DNA from: a virus
Taxonomy: Duplodnaviria > Heunggongvirae > Uroviricota > Caudoviricetes
DNA: 64,000 bases
Virus record (IMG/VR): IMGVR_UViG_2623620505_000001
Direction: 5' to 3' (one strand)
Positions 63,504 through 64,000 of the stretch are shown piece by piece (the stretch's first letter is position 1; every line of letters starts with the position of its first letter). The notes below the pieces were generated by a model. It saw only the letters and a program-made list of their open reading frames with translations. It was not told the origin of the DNA and made no database searches. Both the position numbers and the translations under genes were made by a program.

Positions 63504-63854
63504 ATGCACAATAACGTTCTCAATGTTAGCCGTTCAATTCAGACAATCAGAGACTGCACCAGTGTGGTGGCATCAATCCCATTGCGAAACAGCATAGACG
63601 AACTGCAAATTCGTGTATTGAATCCGAATCAGGCTAATAAGCAATTGCGCTTTATTTTGACGCTGAAAAGTGAAACAGAGGGGATAAAGCACAGCGTAAA
63701 AGTGTTTTCTGAGGCCATTCTGCTTAATGGGAAGCTCCGGCATCTGGTAAGGCCAGAACGTCAATATCCTGACGTCCTGGCGCGTGAAAAAGACCTTCTT
63801 TCTGAAGTTCAGGATAGGGTGATCGATTTCGTCAAATGCTATCCCCTGCATTGA
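63504..63854 (+). CDS. hypothetical protein
   Basis: 116-aa ORF near window end; no recognisable motif. Confidence 0.35.
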   Translation: MHNNVLNVSRSIQTIRDCTSVVASIPLRNSIDELQIRVLNPNQANKQLRFILTLKSETEGIKHSVKVFSEAILLNGKLRHLVRPERQYPDVLAREKDLLSEVQDRVIDFVKCYPLH

Positions 63855-64000
63855 GGGCAGGTGTTCCCTTCCGCAAAGTAGGGAAAATTGCTATCAAGTT
63901 CATCACACCATCTGCGATGGTCGTAGCACCAAAACGCCTCCCACGGTGCACGGAAATACTTCATCCACCAGGACACTCGATCAGGTATATCTGCTGGTGG

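Overview
The window reads as about 64 kb of a P1-family phage-plasmid (P1/P7/p15B-like), colinear with the phage P1 map as I recall it but in reverse orientation. Calls rest on reading the translated ORFs, motifs and repeats directly; no database search was run, so P1 gene names are assigned from memory of the family and from position. In order: plasmid replicon and partition (incC/repA/incA, parA/parB/parS); late structural genes; a hok/mok-like toxin locus absent from the ORF track; lytic replicon and immI (repL, kilA, ant, icd); secreted Sim-like proteins; baseplate/tail module with Sit; tail-fibre genes R and S followed by a six-site Min/Cin-type inversion region with five silent alternative S C-terminal cassettes and an invertase; lysis and Dar anti-restriction genes; an ssb operon with a degenerate terminase-like paralog; lyz, pro, prt, darB, ulx, lxc; ref, cre, loxP, coi, c1; pacB, pacA with the GATC-rich pac site, lpa, pdcAB, phd-doc, humD, hot. 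The most notable accessory feature is an AT-rich RelA/SpoT-type (toxSAS, CapRel-like) gene at 51178-52317 sitting where P1 carries its res-mod restriction genes. Eight C1-operator-like 17-mers and several late-promoter-like motifs are scattered through the window. No rRNA, tRNA, CRISPR array or transposase was recognised.
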